From: a virus
Reading direction: 5' to 3' (one strand)
Virus record (IMG/VR): IMGVR_UViG_3300009082_000021
Location: 4,080-68,079 of that record
Length of the DNA: 64,000 nt
In this document: positions 1-7,667 of the stretch, piece by piece
How the letters are laid out: the number at the start of each line of letters is the position of its first letter
How positions within the stretch are numbered: the stretch's first letter is position 1
The notes under the pieces: model-generated
Seen by the model: only the letters and a program-made list of their open reading frames with translations
Database searches by the model: none
Told to the model about the DNA's origin: nothing
Position numbers and translations under genes: made by a program

Positions 1-371
1 AATTTAGCCTGCTGTGCCTGCACCTGATGAGATCGGCAACAGTAGAATTCCTTCTGCCCTCTCTTGGCTCTCTCCCGATACTTCCTACTCAAAATCTCGA
101 ATTCGTCTGCACACCAAGCACAGTTCAAGCTGATCATAGACGCCGGGACGTGATGATCTGCAACGTGCCTAGAGACTGTCTTCTTCTCCAGATTCCGGTA
201 ACGGTTGTCTTGCTTGTCCGTGTTCTTGTGGTGCACCACGAAGCCTGTGTCTGGCACCTCCCCCGTGTTCCTCCACCAGACCACATGATGCTCGTAGGCA
301 TAGCGTCCACGATACCGCTTTCCAGGGTATTCCTCGGGGGCAACGATCAAGATGTAGTCTCCGTTCTTCAT
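1..371 (-). CDS. HNH endonuclease (HNH_3-like), runs off the left edge
   Basis: Hand translation from ATG 371: MKNGDYILI...YAYEHHVVWW...VVHHKNTDKQDNRYRNL...H..DHH, then a CAWC/YCC Zn finger. No stop before the edge, so it is absent from the ORF track. Confidence 0.85.
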   Translation of the reverse strand, partial: MKNGDYILIVAPEEYPGKRYRGRYAYEHHVVWWRNTGEVPDTGFVVHHKNTDKQDNRYRNLEKKTVSRHVADHHVPASMISLNCAWCADEFEILSRKYRERAKRGQKEFYCCRSHQVQAQQAK

Positions 372-420
372 GTTCTACGCACCTCACCACTAGACTACAC
401 CATCTCCTAAGTCATTGCAA

Positions 421-494
421 TGGCTCTGGGACCCGGATTCGAACCGAGAAGAGGTGGTTAACAGCCACCCATGATACCATTTCATCATCCCAGA
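421..494 (-). tRNA. trnN: tRNA-Asn(GTT), CCA encoded
   Basis: Acceptor TCTGGGA/TCCCAGA, anticodon arm GGTGG-CTGTTAA-CCACC, T-loop TTCGAAT. Confidence 0.92.
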
Positions 495-525
495 ACGGGC
501 GCTACTACCTCTGAGCTACACCGGA
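495..525 (-). pseudogene. tRNA 5' remnant (acceptor strand + D arm)
   Basis: TCCGGTGTAGCTCAGAGGTAGTAGCGCCCGT is a typical tRNA 5' third and abuts tRNA-Asn. Confidence 0.6.
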
Positions 526-543
526 ATGATCTGGGGAGGGGGA

Positions 544-729
544 CTACTGGACGATGGGAGCTGCGTCTACGACCGCGGCCTCTTTGACCACGGATGCTTC
601 CTTGGCCACCGAGGCTTCCACCTGGACAGATGCCTCAACCTTGGGTCCAGCGTCCGGTTTGGGAACGACGGTGTCGTCGCTGCAAGCCACGAAGAACAGA
701 CTGAGAATGATCGCTAGTGTTAGTCTCAT
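544..729 (-). CDS. Small lipoprotein
   Basis: SD GGAGG; hydrophobic signal and lipobox FVAC; low-complexity VEASV/KEASV repeats. Confidence 0.75.
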   Translation of the reverse strand: MRLTLAIILSLFFVACSDDTVVPKPDAGPKVEASVQVEASVAKEASVVKEAAVVDAAPIVQ

Positions 730-765
730 GGATTCCTCCTGTGCCCTGAGGATAGCACAACTCGG

Positions 766-839
766 TCGGGATGAGAGGATTTGAACCTCCGACCCCCTGG
801 TCCCAGGCCAGGTGCGCTACCAGGCTGCGCTACATCCCG
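766..839 (-). tRNA. trnP: tRNA-Pro(TGG)
   Basis: CGGGATG acceptor; anticodon arm CCTGG-CCTGGGA-CCAGG (C33); followed by CCG rather than CCA. Confidence 0.88.
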
Positions 840-842
840 AAG

Positions 843-913
843 ATCCCCCGGCAGGAATCGAACCTGCGTACCTGGGGCCAAAGTCCAGGGCCCTACCATT
901 AGACGACGGGGGA
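843..913 (-). tRNA. trnQ: tRNA-Gln(TTG)
   Basis: TCCCCCG/CGGGGGA acceptor, loop CTTTGGC, T-loop TTCGATT. Confidence 0.85.
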
Positions 914-918
914 AGAAG

Positions 919-991
919 TGGAGAGGACAGGAATCGAACCTGCATGTCGGCTTTTTCAGAGCCGCGCCGTGACCACGTAGGCTACCTCTCC
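919..991 (-). tRNA. trnF: tRNA-Phe(GAA)
   Basis: GGAGAGG/CCTCTCC acceptor, CGGCT-CTGAAAA-AGCCG. Confidence 0.88.
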
Positions 992-1050
992 AGGAGCCCC
1001 ACCAGTCTCCGCTCAAAAGGAACTTCACAGACCCATGGAGCTGCGCGCGG

Positions 1051-1122
1051 TGGGCACGGAGGGAATCGAACCCTCATCACCCGGTTATGAGCCAGGGGCT
1101 TGCACCCTCCAGCTACATGCCC
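1051..1122 (-). tRNA. tRNA-Met or Ile2 (CAT)
   Basis: GGGCATG/CGTGCCC acceptor, loop CTCATAA. Confidence 0.85.
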
Positions 1123-1260
1123 ACGATGTGGCTGGGAGATCATCGCCTTGCGGCTCCTTCCCAGCCTGACCACAACCTCACTATTCTCGTGTCAATCACC
1201 ACCGGAGACGCTGGGGATACGGCCTCAGCTCCCGTCCTGATTCTCCCAGGACGTCTCCAA

Positions 1261-1335
1261 TGGTTCGGGGACGAGGACTCGAACCTCGTAGTGCGGATCC
1301 AGAGTCCGCCGGTTTGCCTGGTAGCCTATCCCCGA
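1261..1335 (-). tRNA. trnQ: tRNA-Gln(CTG), CCA encoded
   Basis: TCGGGGA/TCCCCGA, GCGGA-CTCTGGA-TCCGC. Confidence 0.9.
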
Positions 1336-1336
1336 G

Positions 1337-1408
1337 TGGGTGCGAAAGGAGTCGAACCTTCAACCTCGTGGTTAAGAGCCACTTGCGCTCCCATTGCGCC
1401 ACGCACCC
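1337..1408 (-). tRNA. trnK: tRNA-Lys(CTT)
   Basis: GGGTGCG/CGCACCC, GTGG-CTCTTAA-CCAC. Confidence 0.9.
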
Positions 1409-1409
1409 A

Positions 1410-1625
1410 TTACCATTTCACAGCCTCATCCGCTTCGAACGTGACCTCCATCTCCAGTTCCACCACCCTGTTCAGGAACTTCCTCTTCGGCTTCGTGCCA
1501 CCGGCAGGAGTTGAACCTGCAACCTCGGGAGTAAAAGTCCCTTGCTCTTCCAGTTGAGCTACGGAGGCGGGTCTCTGAGACTCTGCCTCGCGTTTCAACC
1601 GCCAATCGAACTCTCTGATCGTCAT
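1410..1625 (-). CDS. Hypothetical 71-aa ORF containing tRNA-Lys(TTT)
   Basis: Good SD (GGAGG-CAAC-ATG); the frame stays open through the tRNA. Confidence 0.4.
   Translation of the reverse strand: MTIREFDWRLKREAESQRPASVAQLEEQGTFTPEVAGSTPAGGTKPKRKFLNRVVELEMEVTFEADEAVKW
1496..1568 (-). tRNA. trnK: tRNA-Lys(TTT)
   Basis: GCCTCCG/CGGTGGC acceptor (1 mismatch), TAGCTCA D arm, GGGA-CTTTTAC-TCCC. Confidence 0.82.
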
Positions 1626-1636
1626 GTTGCCTCCAG

Positions 1637-1714
1637 TGGAGCGGGGAGGACTCGAACCTCCGCGTGGTGTGCCTGGGTTACAGCCAGGTGCCGTCGCCGC
1701 TGGGCCACCGCTCC
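1637..1714 (-). tRNA. trnY: tRNA-Tyr(GTA)
   Basis: GGAGCGG/CCGCTCC, CCTGG-CTGTAAC-CCAGG, about 10-nt variable region. Confidence 0.88.
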
Positions 1715-1715
1715 A

Positions 1716-1759
1716 TAAAAGAAAAGGCCGCTAGGAATCGCTTCCGGGCGGCCTTTTCT
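1716..1759 (-). terminator. Intrinsic terminator (attenuator) upstream of the tRNA array
   Basis: Inverted repeat AGAAAAGGCCGC/GCGGCCTTTTCT with a minus-strand U tract. Confidence 0.8.
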
Positions 1760-1779
1760 ATCCCTCAGTAGGTGTTAGA

Positions 1780-1947
1780 TCAGCCGCCCGTGCTCCTATG
1801 TGCCTGCTCGGGATTCGGGGCCATCGCTGGCTTTTGAATACCTAGCAGGCACGGATAGGCCACGGCGCACGAATCCGTGCCGGTGCCTGTGGTCCCAAGG
1901 GACCAAAAGCGACTGGACAATGATTCTGTGCGGCGTTTCTGTAACAT
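1780..1947 (-). CDS. Candidate 55-aa attenuator leader peptide
   Basis: MLQKRRTESLSSRFWSLGTTGTGTDSCAVAYPCLLGIQKPAMAPNPEQAHRSTGG*; its last codons are complementary to the terminator arm. Confidence 0.5.
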   Translation of the reverse strand: MLQKRRTESLSSRFWSLGTTGTGTDSCAVAYPCLLGIQKPAMAPNPEQAHRSTGG

Positions 1948-1971
1948 CTGCGTTGGGGTTACCTTTCTCCC

Positions 1972-2000
1972 TTTGTGACAGGGTCGATCATGGATGTCAA
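1972..2000 (-). promoter_or_regulatory. Candidate sigma70-type promoter of the tRNA operon
   Basis: TTGACA-17 bp-CACAAA on the minus strand; the -10 is weak. Confidence 0.35.
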
Positions 2001-2014
2001 GAGGAAAAGAACAG

Positions 2015-2338
2015 TCAGTTCTCGAAGGGACCGGGGTGGGTCTTCTTACTCTCCACCAACAACGGCTGGTCGATCTCCCGGTAACGGAACACGCTGTTAG
2101 CCTTCAGGTATCCCGTGCGGAAGAGAGAGCCCGTCTTGTCCATGCATCGAACGACGAAGACCAGGACATCGTTGGCGTGATCATAAGCGGTGAGCTTGAT
2201 CTCCACCATCCCGGACATGAACTGCATGAGGGGAAGTGAGTCCAGATGGAATCCCACCCGCCAGAGGTTCTGGCCCTCAAACCACAGCTCGGGGTCTATT
2301 CTCCGAGCTTCGTCTGCTGGAAGATCGAGTGATGCCAT
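2015..2338 (-). CDS. Hypothetical protein
   Basis: ORF from MASLDL, in an operon with the upstream gene. Confidence 0.65.
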   Translation of the reverse strand: MASLDLPADEARRIDPELWFEGQNLWRVGFHLDSLPLMQFMSGMVEIKLTAYDHANDVLVFVVRCMDKTGSLFRTGYLKANSVFRYREIDQPLLVESKKTHPGPFEN

Positions 2339-2919
2339 GTCTCGTCCCACGGTTCTCCTGCCGCGAGTAGAACAAGATGCGATAGCTCGTGCAAGAACAA
2401 ACCGTGAACGTAGTCTACCCGCGCAGCCCAGCCAATGACAACGTCCTCTGTCTCCGCGTAGGCCCGAACCCATCTTCCCCAGACACTCAGCTTCTCCTCA
2501 TCCCGGAAGAAGACCGTCTTCCCCTCGATCGCTTCTGAGGGGATGTGATTCCCCACCAGAACCTTGGTCCCATCTGGCCGAGTCCAGGCGGCACCGGCCC
2601 AGTGGTTGAGGAGTTCCACCGTCCAGGCCTCGACCTCCTCCAACTTCGGGCGGTTGACGTTCCCCTGGATGACGTAGAGACCATGGACAGTCTTGTAGTG
2701 GTACTTCCTCAGCCTCGACCGGACGAAGTACCAAATGGGGATCGAGGCCAGAAATACGAGGCCGGTCAGGATCGAGATCGTCCGCGCGACCGCTACCCCA
2801 TCGGCCATCGGCACACCGTAGATCGCAGCAAGAGTGCACAGAACAGCAGCACCAATCCCCGTACCCCAAGGTATGATCAGATCGAGCTTCGTGAAGACCC
2901 AAAGGCGTTCTTTCTTCAT
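2296..2919 (-). CDS. Membrane-anchored zincin-like metallopeptidase
   Basis: Two N-terminal TM helices; C-terminal LFLHELSH (HExxH); SD GGAGG. Confidence 0.65.
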   Translation of the reverse strand: MKKERLWVFTKLDLIIPWGTGIGAAVLCTLAAIYGVPMADGVAVARTISILTGLVFLASIPIWYFVRSRLRKYHYKTVHGLYVIQGNVNRPKLEEVEAWTVELLNHWAGAAWTRPDGTKVLVGNHIPSEAIEGKTVFFRDEEKLSVWGRWVRAYAETEDVVIGWAARVDYVHGLFLHELSHLVLLAAGEPWDETWHHSIFQQTKLGE

Positions 2920-2972
2920 GGTTGCCTCCTCGACCAACGTTATCACCATCGTGAAAAAGCCGCACCGAAAAC

Positions 2973-2980
2973 GGCATAAG
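2973..2980 (+). promoter_or_regulatory. Phage promoter motif GGCATAAG
   Basis: One of at least 11 intergenic copies upstream of plus-strand units. Confidence 0.6.
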
Positions 2981-2984
2981 GAAG

Positions 2985-3088
2985 GTAGAGACGAGGAAGA
3001 AATTCCTCTGTCTCTAGCCCCGAGTCGGAGCGGGGATCATCGCTTCTCCTTTCAAGTGTCTGGAGGGACTCCGACCCCTCCTCTTTAA
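2985..3088 (+). ncRNA. Candidate structured sRNA or leader with kissing loops
   Basis: Three hairpins; loops GTCGGAG (3024-3030) and CTCCGAC (3069-3075) are complementary; ends in a terminator-like hairpin + TCTTT. Confidence 0.5.
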
Positions 3089-3102
3089 CCCAGGAGGCCA
3101 CG

Positions 3103-3486
3103 ATGCAGGTCGAGATCTTGAAGAATGATCTGACCGCACTTGCCGATGCTCTCCACTGGGTGGAGACACGCATCGATAACCAGAGCACGATAGTCCACGG
3201 GTTGAGGGGCACGGGCTTCTTCCACGTACACTGGAAGAACGCCTACCCCCTCGTCGTCCTGGAAGGCGAGGACTTCACGGAACTCATCCGAGAGGCAGAG
3301 GAGTGGTTGGAGGCCCAACACTGGAAGATCGCGGAACTCCGCGCTAAGGCGCGGACTCGGAAGATCGAAAAACGGTGGGCGAAGACGCAGCCCATCGAAC
3401 GATGTCTCCGGGTCCTCCACGCGGCAGTCCGCCCCAAGCCGCGCGGACTCTGGGACCGGCTTCGCATCCGGCTCTTCGGACGGTAA
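3103..3486 (+). CDS. Hypothetical protein
   Basis: SD AGGAGG; terminator follows. Confidence 0.75.
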   Translation: MQVEILKNDLTALADALHWVETRIDNQSTIVHGLRGTGFFHVHWKNAYPLVVLEGEDFTELIREAEEWLEAQHWKIAELRAKARTRKIEKRWAKTQPIERCLRVLHAAVRPKPRGLWDRLRIRLFGR

Positions 3487-3487
3487 A

Positions 3488-3525
3488 GAGGGGAGGCCGA
3501 CCACGCCGGCCTCCCCTCTTCTTTA
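3488..3525 (+). terminator. Intrinsic terminator
   Basis: AGAGGGGAGGCC/GGCCTCCCCTCT + TCTTT between convergent genes. Confidence 0.75.
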
Positions 3526-4185
3526 GCTCGTGTGCCTCTTGCAGATGTCCGAGACCGTCCGGGTCAAGTATTCCCACTCTTGTTCCGTTCGGATGTTCCC
3601 ATCGTAGATGATCGAGTGTGGCTTGACAGAATGGAACCAGGGGACGAGGCCACGCTCGAGCTCCAGGAGAAGCTCCTCGTAGCCAGCCTTCAGTTCCTGG
3701 AGATACTCGAGCGGCACGGCGTTCTCACACGAACGGCTCCGCTCCTTCATCCGAGCGTAGGCGGTTTCCGGCTGGCAGTTGAGGTAGATGAGCGCGGTCG
3801 GCGGGTTGTAGTGCCTGGCCATCGTGTCGTACCAGGTCTCGTAGAGCTTGAAGCCAAGATCATCGATGTTCCCCTTCCTCCAGTGCAACTTGGCGAAGAC
3901 ACGATCTCCCGGCATGCACCGATCGAGGATGTACCCCTTCTCCACGCCCCGCGCGGCTCCGAAAGAAGCCTCCTGCTTCATCACGTAGCGGTTCCGCATC
4001 ATGTGGAGCTGGAGCTGAAGGGCGTACGTCTTGGGGTCCTTGTAGAACGCCTCCAGATACTCGTTGTTGTCCACCGGCTCTTCCAGCAAGCGGAAGCCGA
4101 GGCGCTTGGCGACTTCACGGGCGAAGGTGGTCTTGCCGGATGCAATAATCCCCTCCACCCAGATGATGGGAACATTCTTCTCCAT
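3523..4185 (-). CDS. Deoxynucleoside kinase (dNK family)
   Basis: VEGIIASGKTT P-loop, EEPV, LDRC, RxxERSRSCE, YLQEL motifs. Confidence 0.92.
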   Translation of the reverse strand: MEKNVPIIWVEGIIASGKTTFAREVAKRLGFRLLEEPVDNNEYLEAFYKDPKTYALQLQLHMMRNRYVMKQEASFGAARGVEKGYILDRCMPGDRVFAKLHWRKGNIDDLGFKLYETWYDTMARHYNPPTALIYLNCQPETAYARMKERSRSCENAVPLEYLQELKAGYEELLLELERGLVPWFHSVKPHSIIYDGNIRTEQEWEYLTRTVSDICKRHTS

Positions 4186-4211
4186 GAGCCCTCCTTGTTG
4201 TAGAGGTGATT

Positions 4212-4640
4212 CTACACGTCCTCCAGGTCACCAGCCAAGTCGGCCAGCATCATGGCGTAGTTCGCAAGGTCTGCGGCCTTCAGACCGATTCCCCGCTTCT
4301 TCCCCACCGCTTCCTTCAGCTCCACCAAGATCTTATCGAGGCCGTCCAGGTACTGCTGGGGACCTGCATCGTTCTTCCAGCTCATGCCACCTCGACCAGG
4401 ATCGTGCTTCATGAGCTTCATCTCCATCAGCCCTGCGAACTTCTTGATCTCCGGCCGGATGTGATCGGCACAGAAGTCGCGGACCAGGAGAGCGATGTTG
4501 TGGCGAAGAGGAGAGTTCCCTGCGAGAGCAGTGACCATCTCCTTCAGGTGTGTCGTGTCAGCTTCGCCTCCGATGTTCGCGAGGAGGCGTTCGGCCAATC
4601 GGCTGAGTTGCTGGCGGGCCAGGGTATCGGTCGTCTTCAT
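4212..4640 (-). CDS. Hypothetical protein (all-alpha NTP-PPase-like C-terminus)
   Basis: MEMKLMKHD...W...ELKEA...AADLANYAMML. Confidence 0.6.
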   Translation of the reverse strand: MKTTDTLARQQLSRLAERLLANIGGEADTTHLKEMVTALAGNSPLRHNIALLVRDFCADHIRPEIKKFAGLMEMKLMKHDPGRGGMSWKNDAGPQQYLDGLDKILVELKEAVGKKRGIGLKAADLANYAMMLADLAGDLEDV

Positions 4641-4864
4641 CTTCGCACCACCTTGGTCGAGATCTCGAACTCAACCTTGTCCCGCAGGGATTCGACTCTC
4701 TTCTCCAGCTCTGATTCCGTGAAGAGGGGGCCGTCGTCGTTGTATTCGACTCCGCCGATCGACTCCAACTCCTTGACCAGCACCTGGGCAACGGTGGACT
4801 TGCCGCTCTTCGCCGGTCCGCTGATCTCAATCTTGATTCGGGGCTTCTTGTTCAGCTCGTCCAT
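4637..4864 (-). CDS. Small protein with a P-loop motif
   Basis: IEISGPAKSGKSTVAQ; SD AAGGAG. Confidence 0.65.
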   Translation of the reverse strand: MDELNKKPRIKIEISGPAKSGKSTVAQVLVKELESIGGVEYNDDGPLFTESELEKRVESLRDKVEFEISTKVVRR

Positions 4865-4879
4865 GACAGCTCCTTTCAA

Positions 4880-5188
4880 CTAAGGCACCGAGAGTGTGCC
4901 GATGCTTCGCCTCAGCATGGCCTGATCGTACTCCCGCTTGATGTCGTTGTACTTAGCCATATACTCCTTCCAGTGAAACACATCGATCATGTGAGCGAGG
5001 AGATAGACCCTGTCTTCGGGAGACATCTTCACTCCCGACCTCTCCACCTCTTCGATCATCTCACCAAGCGCCTTCTGGAAGGAGCCGGGCTCCTCGAGCG
5101 TGGGCTCCTTGGGTGGGCCGACATCGAGGAACTCCTTCAGCTTGTTCCAACGCTCCTCCGTGCGAGTAGGCGTCTTCAACGCATCCAT
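4880..5188 (-). CDS. Hypothetical protein
   Basis: Operon packing. Confidence 0.7.
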   Translation of the reverse strand: MDALKTPTRTEERWNKLKEFLDVGPPKEPTLEEPGSFQKALGEMIEEVERSGVKMSPEDRVYLLAHMIDVFHWKEYMAKYNDIKREYDQAMLRRSIGTLSVP

Positions 5189-5550
5189 GGGGGCTCCTTG
5201 TACCAGGGTTTGAAGTTCAAGATCTTCTGCGCCAGCCCTTCCGTCTCCCCCTCGAACCGGAGTGCCCGGTCATCGAGGTAGACGTAGGCTGCGATCTTGG
5301 CGCTGCCATTCGGCGGTTGCCAAGGATTCTCGTTAATGTAATCAAAGGGGATGTCATGCTTCTTGAGGTGCTCTTTGATCTCCCAGGTGTTGGCTCGGAC
5401 GGTCCAGATGATGATCGCCCAACCAGCAGCCCGGAGGACACCAAGCTCTCGCGCTATGCCCGGGATGGGCTCGCCCAGTGGCTTCTCGATGTCCTCGTAC
5501 TTCAGGATGGTACCATCCAGATCGGCGGCTAGGATTCGCGGTCTAGTCAT
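5176..5550 (-). CDS. HAD-superfamily phosphatase
   Basis: ADLDGT, IIWTVR, KI.AYVYLDDRA motifs. Confidence 0.85.
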   Translation of the reverse strand: MTRPRILAADLDGTILKYEDIEKPLGEPIPGIARELGVLRAAGWAIIIWTVRANTWEIKEHLKKHDIPFDYINENPWQPPNGSAKIAAYVYLDDRALRFEGETEGLAQKILNFKPWYKEPPWMR

Positions 5551-6011
5551 TTCTTCTCCTCCAGCCAGACATCACTTCCTTGCTTGACCATCTGCATCCC
5601 ATCCATCTCCGCGATCACCTCCCTTGAGGCCAGCATCCTGGGCATGTCGGAAGCCGCGCTCTGGGGAGGCACAGGATGGAAACTCTGACGGATGTCAGGC
5701 GGGGGAGGACTGGGGAACGTCCTCTTCTTCGAGTCAAAGAAGTCGGGGATGCCGGCGTCTGCCCACATCTTATCCTCCTGCTTGATCAACTCCGCATTGC
5801 ACCTTGGGCAGACTGGGAGGTAGAGAACTTGGGGGGAGGAGAGACGCGCCATGTTCTCCACGAGGGACTGGGAGACCTCCAGTGAAGTCGTAGCCACGAT
5901 TGTCATGAGCTGAGAGACCAGCTCATACTGGGAGACAGCAAGGTGCTGGTACTTCTCCAGCAGGTTCTCGATCTTCTGTTGGGCCAGACAGTAGGCTTCT
6001 CCCGGCTTCAT
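5547..6011 (-). CDS. Hypothetical protein
   Basis: ATGA overlap with neighbours. Confidence 0.7.
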   Translation of the reverse strand: MKPGEAYCLAQQKIENLLEKYQHLAVSQYELVSQLMTIVATTSLEVSQSLVENMARLSSPQVLYLPVCPRCNAELIKQEDKMWADAGIPDFFDSKKRTFPSPPPPDIRQSFHPVPPQSAASDMPRMLASREVIAEMDGMQMVKQGSDVWLEEKK

Positions 6012-6475
6012 TTGCCTCTCCGTTCCTTGTGTTCCAGGGCGGCCAGGTCCCGCAAGATCTCGGACATCTTAGCAGGTTCATCAGACAGCCTCACCAGGCT
6101 CTTGAAGAGCATCCCGTAGGCGGCCTTGTAGTTCCCCTTCCGCGCCTGGGTGGCGGACTTCCGCAGGTAGCCGGTCACGTTCGACTCCGCGGCCTCCCTC
6201 TGCACATCCCTGGTCCCTTTCTCCCGCTCGAGGTCGGCGAGGCGGAGCAATCGCTGGCCATGTTCCTCCGCGACCTGCTGAAAGGCGGGCTTGATCTCTG
6301 CGAGGAGGGCGCGGATGGAGTAGGAGTCGTGGACCTTCCCAATGGCCGCCACGAGACCGTGGAAGGCGGAGAAGAACTGGGCGGGCTTGGCCTTGAGCTT
6401 CTCGATCGAGGAGAGACAGGCTTGATCGATCTCCAGCCATTGCTTGGCGGCTGGGAGCCAGCGGTTGTCATCCAT
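6008..6475 (-). CDS. Hypothetical helical protein
   Basis: Start MDDNRW with SD GGAGG. Confidence 0.7.
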   Translation of the reverse strand: MDDNRWLPAAKQWLEIDQACLSSIEKLKAKPAQFFSAFHGLVAAIGKVHDSYSIRALLAEIKPAFQQVAEEHGQRLLRLADLEREKGTRDVQREAAESNVTGYLRKSATQARKGNYKAAYGMLFKSLVRLSDEPAKMSEILRDLAALEHKERRGK

Positions 6476-6749
6476 GGGGCTTTCCCTCCCAGTCCAGGAA
6501 GTCCGGCGGGGGGCCGTCGTTCTGGAGCTCGGGGTGAGAGACCAGGTGGGTCTCGAAGACGGTGATGTAGCTCGTCTCCGAGATGATGTCCTTGATGTCC
6601 CGCGGCCGCTCGAGGGTCCAGGCCGTGATCGTGGTTTTCCAAAGACGTTGCATCGATTCCTCCGTTCGTGGGTTAGACCTGAGAACGAAGATCTTATACC
6701 CGGCAAACTGATCGGCTTTCTTGGGATAAGGATCATAGTGGAGAACCAT
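6468..6749 (-). CDS. Hypothetical protein
   Basis: First gene of the leftward operon. Confidence 0.6.
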   Translation of the reverse strand: MVLHYDPYPKKADQFAGYKIFVLRSNPRTEESMQRLWKTTITAWTLERPRDIKDIISETSYITVFETHLVSHPELQNDGPPPDFLDWEGKPHG

Positions 6750-7031
6750 GCGACTCTAAATCGCACCATCTCCCGACATACCGCGCCCCACAGGATGGGG
6801 CATGAACGGGCTCTCGCCCGTACAGGCTGCGGCCGCTGGCCAAGGCCGCTCGGACCGGCCGGAGCGGAGAGTTGCAAACGGGAACTCCCGTCTACTCCGT
6901 CACGCCAGGCTCCGGGCAGAGAAAGAGCGGGAAAGAGATCAGAGGCGAACTTGTTGTGACGGACTGCCACGTCCCTAGCAGACCCTCTCCGGTCTCTTTC
7001 CTTAGCCCTTACACAGCCCGCAGGAGCCCAC

Positions 7032-7067
7032 CCTTAACTGCAAAACCGTCCTGATTCCGGGCATAAG
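7032..7067 (+). promoter_or_regulatory. Phage promoter CCTTAACTGCAAAACCG...GGCATAAG
   Basis: Shared with the copies at 7668, 8121 and about 8636. Confidence 0.7.
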
Positions 7068-7088
7068 CATCTTAGAAAGGAGATCGTT

Positions 7089-7643
7089 ATGATCATCATC
7101 GGACTCTGTTTTCTCGTCACCGCCTTCGCTACCAGGGCCATCGGGACGAAAGTCCTACACCCCAACCGCTTCTACGAGGCGTTGGCGGACTTGATCCGCC
7201 AACATGACCACTCCGGGGATCACGTCCCCGGGCAGATGTACGTCCCCTGCTCGGGGATGTGCGAGTTGGTGTCGGGAGGGGTCGGACCGGCGTCAAAGAA
7301 CCCTGACGACTACGTGCTGAGAGAGTGGCGTGGGGATGTCCTGCCCTTCCTTCGCCGGGAGCTCGCCAGCCCGGTGAAGTCCCTCGCGTGCATCGTCTAC
7401 ACGAGGGAAGCCTACCTGGCTGACCCGGAGATCGGACCAGACGATCCGGTCCATCAGCACCCGGAATGGACTCACCTCCTGGTAGCTGTACTGGCCGGCT
7501 CCTCTCCGCCAAGCGCTCATCGTCTTGTGGCCAACCTGGCTGGGGGGAACAAAGAAGCCCTGTCCTGGTCCGCGGAGGAGATCCGCGCGAAGGCTCAGGA
7601 GACCGCCCTCTACTACGCGACGCACTCGATCGTCGCGGATTGA
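7089..7643 (+). CDS. DUF3228-like hypothetical protein
   Basis: IVYTREAY...W.HLLVAV...P..HRLVANL.GG...YY..H resembles DUF3228 (from memory); SD AAAGGAG. Confidence 0.6.
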   Translation: MIIIGLCFLVTAFATRAIGTKVLHPNRFYEALADLIRQHDHSGDHVPGQMYVPCSGMCELVSGGVGPASKNPDDYVLREWRGDVLPFLRRELASPVKSLACIVYTREAYLADPEIGPDDPVHQHPEWTHLLVAVLAGSSPPSAHRLVANLAGGNKEALSWSAEEIRAKAQETALYYATHSIVAD

Positions 7644-7667
7644 TCCCGGCCCACTTCTGGGCCATCT

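Noticed and set aside
726-1557. ORFs overlapping the tRNA genes
   Set aside because: They are translations of tRNA sequence and lack an RBS
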